DNA from: an uncultured Acidobacteriota bacterium
Lineage (GTDB): Bacteria > Acidobacteriota > Vicinamibacteria > Fen-336
Direction of reading: 5' to 3'
Length of the DNA stretch: 64,000 bases
NCBI GenBank assembly: GCA_963720545.1
Contig: OY970399.1
Location: 608,001-672,000 of the forward strand
Shown: in pieces, positions 16,240 to 27,748 of the stretch
Position numbering within the stretch: the stretch's first letter is position 1
Layout: each line of letters opens with the position of its first letter
The notes under the pieces: generated by a model
The model's input: only the letters and a program-made list of their open reading frames with translations
What the model was told of the DNA's origin: nothing
The model's database searches: none
Position numbers and translations under genes: made by a program

Positions 16240-17104
16240 CGAGCACGACCCTCGGGCGAACCGATCCGTCCGGGTACAAGTCGGCCAGAGCCGCCAGCAC
16301 GCCATCGCCGCTGAACAATCGCGCACGCGCACCGCGATGCGCCCCGGTGATGGCGAAGCTGCGGCCGCTGCGGACGTCGCGCAGCTGCGGACCGTTGAGG
16401 ACCACGGCCGGCCAGTCGGTGAGGATGGCGTCCGCCGGCACGAGTCGCGCCTCCGTCCCCGACTGCAGTTCGGCAAGAGGCTGCGCCGCCGCTTCCAGGA
16501 AGCCGCCGGCTTCGGTGCGCCGCAGCGCGGAGAGATGGCCGCCAAGCCCCAGGCGCGCGCCAAGATCCCGGGCGAGCGCACGGATGTACGTTCCGGCCGA
16601 GCAGCGCACGTCGAGCACGGCCTCGGCTCCGGTCAGCGAAACAACCTCGAGGGCATGGACGTGAACCCGCGCCACCGGCCGCTCGGGCGACTCGCCGGCG
16701 CGTGCGCTCGTGTGCAGCCGGCGGCCATCGACGCGCTTTGCCGAATAGGCCGGCACCAGCTGGTCGATTTCGCCGACGAACTCGGTGGCCAGGGCGCGCA
16801 GCGCCTCCGGATCGGGGGCCGCGTCCGACCGGACGGTGCCGACGGCGCTGCCCGTGGCATCGTCGGTGTCGGTGGCGAAGCCGAAGCGCACCTGCGCGGT
16901 ATAGCGCTTCGCGTGCGCTGCCAGGTGCGACGTGAGCCGCGTCCAGCTGCCGAAGCACACCGGCAGGACGCCCGTGGCGAAGGGGTCGAGGGTACCGGCG
17001 TGGCCCACCCGGCGCTGGCCGACGATCCGGCGAATGGCATCGACGACGTCGTGCGAGGTCATCCCCGCCGGCTTGTCGACGATGATGAGACCGTTTTCGG
17101 TCAC
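16223..17104 (-). CDS. truB: tRNA pseudouridine(55) synthase TruB
   Basis: VDKPAGMTSHDVV, GHAGTLDPFATG, CSAGTYIRAL; GTG overlaps rbfA stop. Confidence 0.97.
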   Translation of the reverse strand: MTENGLIIVDKPAGMTSHDVVDAIRRIVGQRRVGHAGTLDPFATGVLPVCFGSWTRLTSHLAAHAKRYTAQVRFGFATDTDDATGSAVGTVRSDAAPDPEALRALATEFVGEIDQLVPAYSAKRVDGRRLHTSARAGESPERPVARVHVHALEVVSLTGAEAVLDVRCSAGTYIRALARDLGARLGLGGHLSALRRTEAGGFLEAAAQPLAELQSGTEARLVPADAILTDWPAVVLNGPQLRDVRSGRSFAITGAHRGARARLFSGDGVLAALADLYPDGSVRPRVVLVKSAG

Positions 17105-17451
17105 TCTTCGCGCTTCGGTTCGTGGATCTCCTCGAGGATGCGTGCCACCCGGTCGGCGGCGTCGAGGCCCTTGTCGTAGGTGAACAGGATCTCCGGTGTG
17201 GTGCGCATGCGGATGCGCTGCGCCAGCTGGCGGCGCACGAATCCGGCGGACCGCTTCAGCGCCGCGAGCGTCTCCTTGCGCTCGGCCTCGGCGCCGAGCA
17301 CGCCGACGAACACCCGCGCCATGCCGAGGTCGTCCGCCACCTCGACCCGGGTGACCGTGACGAAGCCGATGCGCGGATCGTTGAGCCCGCCGATGATGCT
17401 CGCGATCTGCTCGCGGATCTCCTCGCCCACCCTCTCGATCCGCCGTGTCAC
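17101..17451 (-). CDS. rbfA: 30S ribosome-binding factor RbfA
   Basis: RRIERVGEEIR...DPRIGFVTVTRVEV...RTTPEILFTYD. Confidence 0.97.
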   Translation of the reverse strand: MTRRIERVGEEIREQIASIIGGLNDPRIGFVTVTRVEVADDLGMARVFVGVLGAEAERKETLAALKRSAGFVRRQLAQRIRMRTTPEILFTYDKGLDAADRVARILEEIHEPKREE

Positions 17452-17729
17452 AGGAACTCCGTATCCGCCGAGGCCACCTCGGCATCGCTCAGGCTATACG
17501 CCTCTTCGGTGATCGCCTGCAGGGTCTTTTCGAGGTGCGCCTGGTCGCTGTTCACGCCCACCACCGCAAGGCGCGTCCGCTGCCACAGGTCCTGGTGCTC
17601 GACCTCGGCCAGCGACACGTTGAACCGGTTCCTGACGCGCGTCTCAAACCCGCGCAGCACCTGCCGCTTGTCCTTCAACGACCGCGCCTGCGGGAGGTGG
17701 AACTCCAGGATCAGCAGGCCGATGGACAA
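17448..17729 (-). CDS. DUF503 (YlxP-like) protein
   Basis: SLKDKRQV...RFNVSLAEV..QDLWQR; conserved position before rbfA. Confidence 0.92.
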   Translation of the reverse strand: MSIGLLILEFHLPQARSLKDKRQVLRGFETRVRNRFNVSLAEVEHQDLWQRTRLAVVGVNSDQAHLEKTLQAITEEAYSLSDAEVASADTEFL

Positions 17730-18063
17730 GCGGACTCCGTACGGCGTTTCCCGGCGGCCGTTCGTCGACTGGGTCCAGCGATTTCAATCACGAAGCGCAA
17801 CCGTGATGAAGGCGCTGTGGACATGCAGACCTCCGTTGTAGTGGGTTAAACCCATCTTCCCGAACCGATTCATGAAATAGATCCCCCTGAACGAGTGGTG
17901 CCAACAAAGAGGCGAGAGTTTCCTGGCTCACTTTGCAATCACGGTTTCCGGTTTCGATTCCTTTCCGTAGAGCCCGAGACTATGCTCAACACGGCGCGAC
18001 GGGCAATCTGAGGCCGTAGTCGCGTGCTCGAAGCGCCTTCTCGAACGCGTTCAGGGTCGAGCT

Positions 18064-19503
18064 ATGAAACACAACGGCTTAGTCAGCGTTTTCTTGACCT
18101 GCGCGGGTGCCGTCGCCATCGCGGCCGGCATCACCTCCGTTGCCTTCGCGGGGCTTGTGGGCAACATGCCGCGCGGCGTGGCCGTGAACGAACGCACCGG
18201 AAAGGTGTACGTGGCCAACAGCGGCGACGATACTGTCGCCGTGATCCAGGGCGAGGCGCAGCGGGTCCTTGCCACGGTGCCCGTCGGGTTCTTCCCGTTC
18301 ACGATCGCGGTCAACGTCGAGACAAACCGCGTCTACGTCGTTTCCATGGATTCCTCCGTGAGTGTGATCGACGGTGTGACCAACGCGGTGGTCGACACGA
18401 TCCCACTCCCGCCGAGCAGCACAGGCAGTGGTCTTGCGGTGGACACGCAAGCCAACAGGATCTACGTTGGGGGCGATGCCGACATCACCGTCATCGATGG
18501 CTCCGACGATTCGATTCTCACGTCGTTCACCGTCGGGCCGGGCGTGCGCGGCTTGGCGGTCCATCATGGGAGGAACCGGCTCTACGTCAGCAAGGACGTC
18601 GGCGTTGGCGGCCGTCTGCTGGTCGTCAGGTTGACCGACAACAAGATCGTGGCCAGGCCGCAGGTGGGAGATGGACCGACCGGAATTGTCGTGGACCCAA
18701 CAAATCATCGGATCTACGTGGCCGATAACCATTCGGGTGACGAAATTTCTTTGCTCGACTCCCGCAGCCTGACCCCATTGCCTCAGATCGATGTGAGCTG
18801 CTGTCCGGCGAGCCTTGCCCGCAACCCGAGGACCGGCACCATCCTTTCCGACCGGGGAGCGCTCAGACGCTTCGACACGATCTCGTTCATCGATCCTGTC
18901 ACCTCGACCATCCGGGAGGAACGACCCATGAGGAGCCCGTATGGCCTCGCGGCAGATTCGGTTCGCAACGGCTTCTACGTCACGAACAATTCGCGGGACG
19001 CTCTTCAGTTTTTCCTGGAGGCCGAGCTCCTGAAGAGCCCATCTTTCGAGGAACTCGACGGCCATTTCGCGGCGAACTGGGCCCGCCACAACACCGAAGG
19101 GTATCCGCTCGACGCGCGCTTTAAAGACCCCGTCGACGGCGAGTTTGCTTTCCAGTTGACCGGCGCCGCGGGAGAGCAGAAGTATCTTGCCCAATCGGTC
19201 GACACCGCAGGACCCGCAGGGACCATCCTTCAGGTCGAAGGCTGGAGCAAATCCTCGGGTGCCTCACCCAATGGCGGCGAATATGGCCTCCAAGCAACCC
19301 TTTACTTCACCGACGGGACGCACCGGACCTGGCACCTGCCCTTTACGAAGGACGCCCACGACTGGGAGAAGGTCAAGAAGCGTATCGTGGCGCCGTTGGA
19401 CTTCACGCGTCTGGTCGTGCGGGTGATGTACGAGAACCAGACCGATGTCGCTCTCTTCGACGACCTCCACGCGTGGAGGAATGACAACCCCTTGGCCCCG
19501 TGA
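18064..19503 (+). CDS. Secreted YVTN-type beta-propeller protein with C-terminal carbohydrate-binding-like domain
   Basis: Signal peptide; repeated P.G.AV...YVAN/YVTN blades; LLKSPSFEE...ALFDD jelly-roll pattern. Confidence 0.85.
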   Translation: MKHNGLVSVFLTCAGAVAIAAGITSVAFAGLVGNMPRGVAVNERTGKVYVANSGDDTVAVIQGEAQRVLATVPVGFFPFTIAVNVETNRVYVVSMDSSVSVIDGVTNAVVDTIPLPPSSTGSGLAVDTQANRIYVGGDADITVIDGSDDSILTSFTVGPGVRGLAVHHGRNRLYVSKDVGVGGRLLVVRLTDNKIVARPQVGDGPTGIVVDPTNHRIYVADNHSGDEISLLDSRSLTPLPQIDVSCCPASLARNPRTGTILSDRGALRRFDTISFIDPVTSTIREERPMRSPYGLAADSVRNGFYVTNNSRDALQFFLEAELLKSPSFEELDGHFAANWARHNTEGYPLDARFKDPVDGEFAFQLTGAAGEQKYLAQSVDTAGPAGTILQVEGWSKSSGASPNGGEYGLQATLYFTDGTHRTWHLPFTKDAHDWEKVKKRIVAPLDFTRLVVRVMYENQTDVALFDDLHAWRNDNPLAP

Positions 19504-19539
19504 GGGAGCCAGCGATGTCTGATCGCGGTGAGCTTCGCC

Positions 19540-22374
19540 TTAGAGCGTTTCCTTGACCTTCTCGGTGGTGAAGAACTCGATGACGTCGCCGGGCTTCAGG
19601 TCGTTGTAGTTGGCTATGCCGATGCCGCATTCAAGGCCGTTCTTCACTTCGCTCGCGTCGTCCTTGAAGCGCTTCAGCGAGGCGACGGTGCCGGTGTGGA
19701 TGACCACGTTGTCGCGCAGCAGGCGAACCCGGGCGGTGCGGGTGACGCGGCCGTCCACCACCATGCAGCCGGCGATCGTGCCGACCTTGGAAATGCGGAA
19801 CACGTCGCGCACCTCGGCCGAGCCGAGGCGCACTTCGCGGATGGTCGGCTCCAGCAGGCCCTCGAGCGCCTTCTTCATCTCGTCCACGACGTCGTAGATG
19901 ACGGTGTGCAGGCGGATCTCCACCTTGTCGCGCTCGGCGATCTCGGTGGCCTTGCGCTCCGGCCGCACGTTGAAGCCGATGACCACGGCTCCCGACGCCG
20001 TCGCGAGCAGCACGTCGCTCTCGGTGATGGCGCCGACGCCGGAGCGGATGACGCGCAGGCGGATCTTCTCCTGCGGGATCTTCATCAGCTGGTCGGTGAC
20101 TGCCTCGACCGAGCCCTGCACGTCGCCCTTCAGCACGATCGGCAGCTCCTTCAGCTGGCCGTCGGCGATCGCCTTCGACAGGTCTTCGAGCTTGACCGCG
20201 CGCGTGGCAGCGAGCGCCTTCTCGCGGATCTTCAGCTGGCGGAAGCTGGTGATCGACTGCGCCTTGACGGCGTCGGTGACCACCAGGATCTGGTCGCCCG
20301 GCTCCGGCGTCGCGGCGAGACCGAGCACCTCGGCAGGCGTTGACGGCCCGGCGCGCTCCAGCCGCCGCCCCTGGTCGTCGACCAGCGCGCGCACCTTGCC
20401 GGAGACGGCACCGGCGACAATGGTGTCGCCGACGTTGAGCGTGCCGTCCTGGATGAGGATGGTCGCGACCGGGCCGCGGCCCTTGTCGAGCCGCGCCTCG
20501 AGCACGGTGCCGACGGCGGTCTTGTTGGGGTTCGCCTTGAGGTCCTGGATGTCGGCGACCAGCAGGATCATCTCGAGCAGCTGCTCGAGGTTCTGGCGCT
20601 TCTTCGCCGAGACGTTGACGAACACCGTGGTGCCGCCCCAATCCTCGGCGAGCAGGCCCTTGTCGGCGAGCTGCTGCTTCACGCGGTCCGGCTGGGCTTC
20701 GGGCTTGTCGATCTTGTTGACGGCGACGATGATCGGCACGCCGGCCGCCTTGGCGTGGTCGATCGCTTCCACCGTCTGCGGCATCATGCCGTCGTCGGCC
20801 GCCACCACCAGCACCACGATGTCGGTGACCTTGGCGCCGCGAGCGCGCATCAGCGTGAACGCTTCATGGCCGGGCGTGTCGAGGAAGACCACCTTCCGCT
20901 GGCCGACGTCGACGTGATAGGCGCCGATGTGCTGCGTGATGCCGCCGGCTTCACCGGAGGCAACGCTCGTCTCGCGGATCGCATCGAGGAGTGACGTCTT
21001 GCCGTGGTCCACGTGGCCCATGACGGTCACCACCGGTGCGCGCGGGGAGAGGTCTTCCGGGTTCGCCACCTGCTGGACCGACTCGACCACTTCCTCCTCG
21101 AACGAGCGGAAGGCAATGTCGTAGCCGAATTCCTTCCCCACCTCGACGATCAGCGACGGCTCGAGCGTCTGGTTGAGGGTGGCCATGATTCCGCGGCCGA
21201 TCAGGTTCTTCATCAGGTCGCGGCTCTTCACGTCTTCCATCTTTTCCGCGATGTCCTTGATGGTCATCGACTCGGTGAGGAACACCTTGCGCAGCGGTCC
21301 GCTGTAAGTCGGGCGCTCTTCCTTGCGCGGCGCCTGGATGCGATCGCGCTCCTGCTTGCGCGGGGCCGGGCGGCCCGACGGGCGTGAGGCCCCGGGATAG
21401 GAGCCGGGCCGCGGCGGCAGCGGCCGCGCGGGCAGCGGCGACATGCCGGGGCGCGTGGGCTGCGGCGAGCGCGCCATGCCGGGCGAAGTCGCCGAGGTCG
21501 GGTGTGGGCCGATCGGCCGTGGAGGTGCGATGGGCCGCAGCGGACGCATGGTGCCGGGCTGGCGCAGGGTGGTGGCGGCGGGTGCTGCAGCCATGGTGGC
21601 GGAAGCGGTGGCGGCCGGCGCGGGCGTTGCCGCGGGCTGTGCCGGACGCGGCGCCATTGCAGGGCGTGGCATCGGCGGCGCGGGCGGAGCGATGGGCCGG
21701 AGGTTGCCGATGGGGCGCATGACCGGCACGGGCGGCGCCGAGATGGGACTCATCGGACGGGGTGTGGGTGTGAGCGCCGCGGCCGATGCTGCGGGCGCCG
21801 CCGCCCTCGGAGGCAGCGTGGACTCGTCGGCCTGCGCGGCGGAAGCGGCTTGTTCATACGAAGCCGTTTCCGGCGCGTCCGGGCCGCCGTCGGCCCAGGC
21901 GAGCTCGCCGTCTTCGTCTTCGGGCAGCGCCACCGGCATCACCACGCGCGGCGCGAGCCGCGGTGCGCCGGGCGCATGCGTCAGCGCCGGCTCCTCGGGA
22001 GCGGCCGCCTTCGCAGCCTTCTCGGCCTCCGCACGCGCGGCCTTCGTTTTCGGTCCGGCCCTGCGCGCCTCGGCCGCGGCCTTGGCGGCGGCGGCGGCGC
22101 GTTCGCGCTCTTCCCGTTCTGCGGCGATCTTCGCGGCGAGCGCCTCGGCGGCCTGCTCGCGCTCGTTCTCGTCTTCCTCGCTGCCGTAGACGCGCTTCTT
22201 CTTCGCGGTGAAGGACTCGATCTTCACCGAGCGCTTGAGCTTGTCGGCGGCGTCCTCGTCAAGGGAGCTGGACGCCGTCTTCACGTCGAAGCCCAGCCTC
22301 TTCAGCCGGTCGATGACCTCCTGGGAAGGAATCCCGAGATCACGAGCAAGCTGAAAGACCCTGACATTCGACAT
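19540..22374 (-). CDS. infB: Translation initiation factor IF-2
   Basis: [14 protein letters not shown] start after [27 protein letters not shown]. Confidence 0.99.
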   Translation of the reverse strand: MSNVRVFQLARDLGIPSQEVIDRLKRLGFDVKTASSSLDEDAADKLKRSVKIESFTAKKKRVYGSEEDENEREQAAEALAAKIAAEREERERAAAAAKAAAEARRAGPKTKAARAEAEKAAKAAAPEEPALTHAPGAPRLAPRVVMPVALPEDEDGELAWADGGPDAPETASYEQAASAAQADESTLPPRAAAPAASAAALTPTPRPMSPISAPPVPVMRPIGNLRPIAPPAPPMPRPAMAPRPAQPAATPAPAATASATMAAAPAATTLRQPGTMRPLRPIAPPRPIGPHPTSATSPGMARSPQPTRPGMSPLPARPLPPRPGSYPGASRPSGRPAPRKQERDRIQAPRKEERPTYSGPLRKVFLTESMTIKDIAEKMEDVKSRDLMKNLIGRGIMATLNQTLEPSLIVEVGKEFGYDIAFRSFEEEVVESVQQVANPEDLSPRAPVVTVMGHVDHGKTSLLDAIRETSVASGEAGGITQHIGAYHVDVGQRKVVFLDTPGHEAFTLMRARGAKVTDIVVLVVAADDGMMPQTVEAIDHAKAAGVPIIVAVNKIDKPEAQPDRVKQQLADKGLLAEDWGGTTVFVNVSAKKRQNLEQLLEMILLVADIQDLKANPNKTAVGTVLEARLDKGRGPVATILIQDGTLNVGDTIVAGAVSGKVRALVDDQGRRLERAGPSTPAEVLGLAATPEPGDQILVVTDAVKAQSITSFRQLKIREKALAATRAVKLEDLSKAIADGQLKELPIVLKGDVQGSVEAVTDQLMKIPQEKIRLRVIRSGVGAITESDVLLATASGAVVIGFNVRPERKATEIAERDKVEIRLHTVIYDVVDEMKKALEGLLEPTIREVRLGSAEVRDVFRISKVGTIAGCMVVDGRVTRTARVRLLRDNVVIHTGTVASLKRFKDDASEVKNGLECGIGIANYNDLKPGDVIEFFTTEKVKETL

Positions 22375-22384
22375 CCGTTCTCCT

Positions 22385-23875
22385 TTAGACCTCGCGACCG
22401 CTGACGGCGGGCTCGTCGGTCGCGGCGGCTTCGGCCGCCCCTTCCGCTTTGTCGTCGCTGGACGCCGCAGCCGCGGCTTCGGCCTCAGCCTCGGCAGCCT
22501 CGGCATCGGCGGCAGCCTGCGCCTCCGCCGCCGCCTGCGCTTCGGCTGCCGCATGGGCCGCCTGCTCCGCCTCGAGCCGCGCGTTCTCCTCGGCGTCTTT
22601 CGCGTCCCAGCCGGCCTTCGCGGCCCGGCCGGCTTCGCGCAGCTTCGCCGTGAGCGCGGCATCGACGCCCTCGACGGTGAGGAAGTCCTCGTCGCTCATC
22701 TCGAGCAGGTGCGGCAGCCCGGCGACGCCCGCGTCGATGAGCCGCTGCGTGATCTTTTCCTCGATGCCGTGGGCCTGGAGGCTGTGCAGCTCCTCGACGA
22801 TGCGCTGCATGCGCGCCATCTCGGCCTCGACCTCCGGCGCTTCTCTTCCTCGCTCTTGATGTCGATGCGCCAGCCGACCAGCTTGGCCGCGAGCCGCACG
22901 TTCTGGCCCTTCTTGCCGATGGCGAGGCTCAGCTGCTTGTCCTCGACGACCACTTCCATGATCCGCTGCTCCTCGTCGATGATGGTGACGCGCGCGACCT
23001 TGGCGGGCGACAGCGCCTTCTCGACGAAGGTCACCGGGTCCTCGCTCCACTCGACGATGTCGATCTTCTCGCCGCGCAGCTCGCGGATGATGGACTGCAC
23101 GCGCGTGCCCTTCATGCCGACGCAGGCGCCGACCGGGTCGACGTCCTTCTCGCTTCGAGACCACGGCGATCTTGGCGCGCTCGCCCGCCTCGCGCACGCA
23201 GCCCTTGATCTGAGACGGTGCCGTCGTAGATCTCGGGCACTTCCATCTCGAAGAGCTTGACCAGCAGTGCCGGATCGGTGCGGCTGACGATCACCTGTGG
23301 ACCCTTGGCCGCCTTCAGCACCTTGACGAGCGCGACGCGCACGCGGTCGCCCGGCTGGTACGTCTCGGTGCGGCTCTGTTCCTTGCGCGGCAGCACCGCT
23401 TCGGCGCGGCCCAGGTCGACGACGAAGTCGCCCATCTCCTGGCGCTTGATGATGCCGTTCACCACCTCGCCCACGCGGCCCGAGTACTCGGCGAAGACGT
23501 TGTCGCGCTCGGCCTCGCGCACCTTCTGGAAGATCACCTGCTTCGCCGTCTGCGCGGCGATGCGGCCTAGGATGTCGGTCGGCTTGGGGAACTCGATCTC
23601 CTGGCCGACTTCGGCCTCGGGGATGAGCTTGCGCGCCTCCTCGAGGCTGATCTGCGATCTCGGGCGATCTCGACGTCGTCGACGATCTGGCGCACCGCGA
23701 ACACCTCGATCTGGCCGGCTCTCGTCGTTGAAGCGGCTGCGCAGGTCTTCGTTGTTCTTGTAGTACTTCTTCGACGCGGTGAGGATTGCGTCCTCGATCG
23801 CCGCGATGATGACTCCGGGTTGATGTTCTTCTCGCGGCTGATCTGGTCGATCTGCTGTCTCAATTGATTCGCCAT
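22385..23875 (-). CDS. nusA: Transcription termination/antitermination factor NusA, split by several apparent indels
   Basis: Fragments in alternating frames: [56 protein letters not shown]. Confidence 0.93.
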
Positions 23876-23883
23876 GTCGTGCC

Positions 23884-24367
23884 TTAGGCCCCCGGCCGAA
23901 ATTCGACTTCCAGGCGGCCGTGGGCGATCTTGGCGAAGGGCATCCGGACCAGGGTTCCGCCTTCCTTCTCGAGGCTCAGCACCACGTTGCCGTCCTCGAA
24001 GAAGCAAGCCGTCCCGTCCAGTGGCGCCGGCCGTCGACGGCTCGTAGCTCGAGACCTTGGCCAGCTTCCCGACGAACCGCCGGTAGTCGGCTTCGCTGCG
24101 CAGAGGCCGGTCGAGACCGGGGGAAGAAACTTCCAGCGTATAGGTCGAGTCGATCGGATCCTCGGCGTCGAGGATCGCGGAAACTTCATCGGAGACGGTC
24201 TGCAGCTCGTCGAGGCCGATGCCGCCCTGCTTGTCCACGAACAGGCGCACGAGCTGCCCGCCGCGGCCCCGCTTGACCTCGACATCGACCAGCTCGAAGC
24301 CGTGGCTTTCCGCCACCCGCCTCGCGATCGCCGTCACGATTTCAGACTCCGCTCCCTTTGCCGCCAC
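23884..24367 (-). CDS. rimP: Ribosome maturation factor RimP, frameshifted near 24000-24040
   Basis: GFELVDVE...DPIDSTYTLEVSSPGLDRPL; C-terminus in ORF 23884..24285. Confidence 0.93.
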
Positions 24368-24389
24368 GTATCCGGCCCTTCGAAACTCC

Positions 24390-24416
24390 AAAAAAAAGAG
24401 TGGGTCGAGCCCACTC
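24390..24416 (-). terminator. rimP-leader hairpin/attenuator
   Basis: GAGTGGG-CTCGA-CCCACTC followed by T8; extended -10 TGCTAGAAT at 24454-24446. Confidence 0.8.
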
Positions 24417-24498
24417 CGGTGCAGACTCACGAGTTGAGAGTCTTCATTCTAGCAGAATTTCCTCGAAACCCAGCAAGATGATGGGGTTCCCGGTGGCG

Positions 24499-25914
24499 TC
24501 AGGCGACGATCCTGGCCACCAGATCGTAGGGGTGCGCCTCGGTAATTTCGCAGGTCACGAAGGTGCCGGGCGGGGCCTCGCCGTCGTTGATGATCACCCC
24601 GCCGTCGATGTCGGGCGCCTGGGTCGCGAGCCGGCCGCGCAGCAATAGTTCCGTGTCCTCGTGGAGACCCTCGACGAGGACCTCGACCCGCTCCCCCACC
24701 CGGGCACGGTTGCGCCGCGGCGAGATCTTCTTCTGTGCCGCCATCACCTGCCGCCGGCGCCGCTCTTTCACCGCAGGCGCGACCCGTCCCGCCAGGTCGA
24801 ACGCGGTGGTGCCCTCTTCGTCGGAGATAGGTGAAGACCCCGACGTTGTCGAAGCGGGCGGCGCGCGACGAAGTCGAGGAGCTCGGCGAACTCGGCGTCC
24901 GTCTCGCCGGGGTAGCCGACGATGAAGGTGGTGCGGAACGCGACACCCGGGACCCGCGCGCGGACGCGCTCGACCATGCCGAGCAGGTTGCCGCGGCCGG
25001 TGGGCCGCTTCATCCGCCGCAGCACCGCGTCGGACGCGTGCTGCAGCGGCATGTCCACGTACTTCACCACCTTGTCCACCTCGGCGATCGCGTCGAGGAT
25101 GGGGTCGGTGACCGTGGCGGGATACGCGTACATCACGCGGATCCACCGCAAGCCGTCGATGCGCCCGAGCGCGCGCAGCAGCACGGCGAGGCCGTCGCGA
25201 CTGCCGCGATCGAGGCCGAAACGCGTCGAGTCCTGCGCCACCAGGATGATCTCGCGCGTGCCACGATCGGCGAGCGAACGCGCTTCGGCGACGATGTCGT
25301 CGACGCTGCGGCTGCGGTGCCTGCCGCGCAGCGTGGGGATGATGCAGAAGGCGCACGTGTAGTCGCAGCCTTCGCTGATCTTGATGTACGCGGTGTGCGC
25401 CGCGGTGGACACCACCCGCGGTGCCGTGTGGTCGTAAACCCACTCCGGGCGACGCAGCGCCGCATCGGTGATCGTCGCCTGGCCCGAAACCGCAGCCACG
25501 ATGTCGGCCACCTGGCCGGTGCCGAGCGTCGCGTCGATCTCGGGAATCTCGCTTGCGGATTTCCTCGTCGTAGCGCTGCGCAAGGCACCCGGTGACCACC
25601 AGCCGCCGCGCGCGCCCGGTTTCCTTGTGGCGCGCCATCTCGAGAATCGTGTCGATCGACTCCTGCTTGGCGCGGTCGATGAAGGCGCAGGTGTTCACCA
25701 CCAGCACCTCGGCCTGCGACGCGTCGGCGGTGACCTCGTAGCCCTCGCGGCGCAAGAGCCCCAGCATCACCTCGCCGTCCACCAGGTTCTTCGGGCAGCC
25801 GAGGTTCACGAGGCCGACCGTGGCGCCGCCGGCTCTCGGCTCGGCGCCGGACGGCGGCCGCTTCACGTCGAAACGGACCGGGGCCCAGGCAGAACCGTGT
25901 TCCTCGATCGTCAT
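24499..25914 (-). CDS. rimO: Ribosomal protein S12 methylthiotransferase RimO, frameshifted
   Basis: [33 protein letters not shown] radical-SAM motif, QAPDIDG TRAM; shifts near 25555 and 24830-24860. Confidence 0.93.
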   Translation of the reverse strand: MTIEEHGSAWAPVRFDVKRPPSGAEPRAGGATVGLVNLGCPKNLVDGEVMLGLLRREGYEVTADASQAEVLVVNTCAFIDRAKQESIDTILEMARHKETGRARRLVVTGCLAQRYDEEIRKRDSRDRRDARHRPGGRHRGCGFGPGDDHRCGAASPGVGLRPHGTAGGVHRGAHRVHQDQRRLRLHVRLLHHPHAARQAPQPQRRRHRRRSAFARRSWHARDHPGGAGLDAFRPRSRQSRRPRRAAARARAHRRLAVDPRDVRVSRHGHRPHPRRDRRGGQGGEVRGHAAAARVRRGAAADEAAHRPRQPARHGRARPRAGPGCRVPHHLHRRLPRRDGRRVRRAPRLRRAPPASTTSGSSPISDEEGTTAFDLAGRVAPAVKERRRRQVMAAQKKISPRRNRARVGERVEVLVEGLHEDTELLLRGRLATQAPDIDGGVIINDGEAPPGTFVTCEITEAHPYDLVARIVA

Positions 25915-25921
25915 GGACGGC

Positions 25922-26191
25922 TCAGTGAGCCTTGTCCGGCGTGTCGATCTCGTTGCCCCAGTCGCGCAGCTTGTCGCGGTCGCTGGCGGCGTAGAGCTCA
26001 TCGGCCACGTCGGCCGCCTGGTCGCTCACCCCGCCGACGACCTCCAGTTCCTCGCCCTGCTGCGAGATGAGGTGCAGGTGATGGGCGATGGCGTCGATCT
26101 GCGGTACCGCGCGGTCCATGGCCGCGAGCAGGGCTTCGCAGAGTTCGACGAGAGCCGTGCGACTGAGCCCGTCGTGCCAGGTCGGTTCCAT
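25922..26191 (-). CDS. Small acidic hypothetical protein (89 aa), probably leaderless
   Basis: GC3-biased ORF; TAGAAT (26203-26198) 6 nt before ATG. Confidence 0.6.
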   Translation of the reverse strand: MEPTWHDGLSRTALVELCEALLAAMDRAVPQIDAIAHHLHLISQQGEELEVVGGVSDQAADVADELYAASDRDKLRDWGNEIDTPDKAH

Positions 26192-26264
26192 GCGCTCATT
26201 CTACCGTGTTGCCGCGGGCGCCGGAATTAGATACCTTGCCCTCGCCCATGGAGCCCCAGGCGTA

Positions 26265-27731
26265 GTGACTTCGGCCGTCGCCCTGCGCGTGCGCCTGTTC
26301 TACGAAGAGCAGTTCGACTCGATCGAGGCCTCGCGGCGGCGCCATCGCTACTATTACGACTCGCTGGCGCGCCTCATCGCGCGGCGCGTGCCGCCGGGCC
26401 AGAAAGTGCTCGATATCGGCTGCGGCACCGGCGACCTGCTCGCCTCCCTGCAGCCTCAGGATGGTGCCGGCGTCGGCATCGACCTCTCGGCGCGCGCCAT
26501 CGCCGCCGCACAAAGCCGTCACGGCGGCAAGGGGCTGCGCTTTTTCGAGGGCGACGCCGCCGACCCAGCGACGCTGCGCGCTGTCGGCGGTCCGTTCGAC
26601 GTGATCACGATCGTCAACGTGGTCACGCTGCTCGAGGACGTGGACGCGTTGCTGCGCGCGCTGCGGCCGCTGTGCCATGCGCGCACCCGCATCCTCATCT
26701 ACAGCTACAGCCGGCTGTGGCAGCCGTTCCTGCGGCTCGGCGAGGCGATCGGCCTGAAGACGCGGCAGCCTCCCGAAGGCTGGCTGCCGCCCGAGGAGAT
26801 CGCGAGCATGCTGTCGCTCGCCGACTTCGAGGTGGTGCGCAGCGACGCGCATGTCGTCTTTCCGCTCGGCATCCCGCTGCTGGCGCCGCTCCTCAACCGC
26901 TACCTCGGTCACCTGCCGCTCATCGAGCACCTCTCGCTCGTGTTCGGGCTCGTGGCCCGGCCCGAACCGGGGTGGGCGGCGGCGATGCAGGCGCAGGCGG
27001 CCGGAGGCAAGGCGCCGAGCGTCAGCGTCATCATTCCCTGCCGCAACGAGGCCGGGCACATCGCACCGCTGGTGGCGCGCCTGCCGCAGCTCGAGGCGGG
27101 CAGCGAGTTCATCTTCGTCGAGGGCAACTCCAGCGACGACACCGCCGCGGTGATCCAGGCGGCGGTTGTCGCCAACCCCGACAAGCCGTTTCGCTTCCTG
27201 CAACAGCAGGGGCGCGGCAAGGGCGACGCGGTGCGCCTCGGCTTCGAGGCGGCGCGCGGCGACGTGGTGCTGATCCTCGACTCCGACATGGGTGTGGCAC
27301 CCGAGGACATCCCGCGTTTCGTCGCAGCGCTGCAAACCGGCAAGGCCGAGTTCGTGAACGGCTCGCGGCTCGTCTATCCGATGGAGGACCGCGCCATGCG
27401 GTTCTTCAACCTGCTGGCGAACAAGGGATTCGCGCGGCTCTTCTCGTGGCTCCTCGGCCAGCAGGTGCGCGACACGCTGTGCGGCACCAAGGTGCTCTAC
27501 CGTGCCGACTACGAGCGCATCGCCGCGAACCGCGGCTACTTCGGCGAGTTCGATCCCTACGGCGACTTCGACCTCCTGTTCGGCGCCGCGCGCCTCAACC
27601 TGCGCATCCGCGACGTGCCCATCCGCTACCACGAGCGTTCCTACGGCGACACCAACATCTCGCGCTGGAGCGGCGGCTGGCTGCTGCTGCGCATGAGCGC
27701 GTTCGCCGCCCGCAAGTTGAAGTTCATCTGA
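26265..27731 (+). CDS. Class I SAM methyltransferase / GT2 glycosyltransferase fusion
   Basis: VLDIGCGTG; SVIIPCRNE, GKGDAV, ILDSD, DTLCGTK; start uncertain. Confidence 0.9.
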   Translation: MTSAVALRVRLFYEEQFDSIEASRRRHRYYYDSLARLIARRVPPGQKVLDIGCGTGDLLASLQPQDGAGVGIDLSARAIAAAQSRHGGKGLRFFEGDAADPATLRAVGGPFDVITIVNVVTLLEDVDALLRALRPLCHARTRILIYSYSRLWQPFLRLGEAIGLKTRQPPEGWLPPEEIASMLSLADFEVVRSDAHVVFPLGIPLLAPLLNRYLGHLPLIEHLSLVFGLVARPEPGWAAAMQAQAAGGKAPSVSVIIPCRNEAGHIAPLVARLPQLEAGSEFIFVEGNSSDDTAAVIQAAVVANPDKPFRFLQQQGRGKGDAVRLGFEAARGDVVLILDSDMGVAPEDIPRFVAALQTGKAEFVNGSRLVYPMEDRAMRFFNLLANKGFARLFSWLLGQQVRDTLCGTKVLYRADYERIAANRGYFGEFDPYGDFDLLFGAARLNLRIRDVPIRYHERSYGDTNISRWSGGWLLLRMSAFAARKLKFI

Positions 27732-27748
27732 GCGCCGGACCACAGCGC

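Noticed and set aside
16223..17485. 420-aa TruB, 1040-aa IF-2, 649-aa amidase, 669-aa GerMN and 907-aa ABC ORFs as fusion proteins
   Set aside because: The N-terminal extensions are off-frame reads of upstream genes; real starts lie downstream
21300..22100. Pro/Ala-rich repeats in the IF-2 N-terminus
   Set aside because: A low-complexity linker is normal for IF-2 in high-GC bacteria
22385..25914. Pseudogenes or programmed frameshifting in nusA/rimP/rimO
   Set aside because: Core genes with conserved residues on both sides of each shift, no consistent slippery sites, and errors clustered by position; sequencing error is more likely
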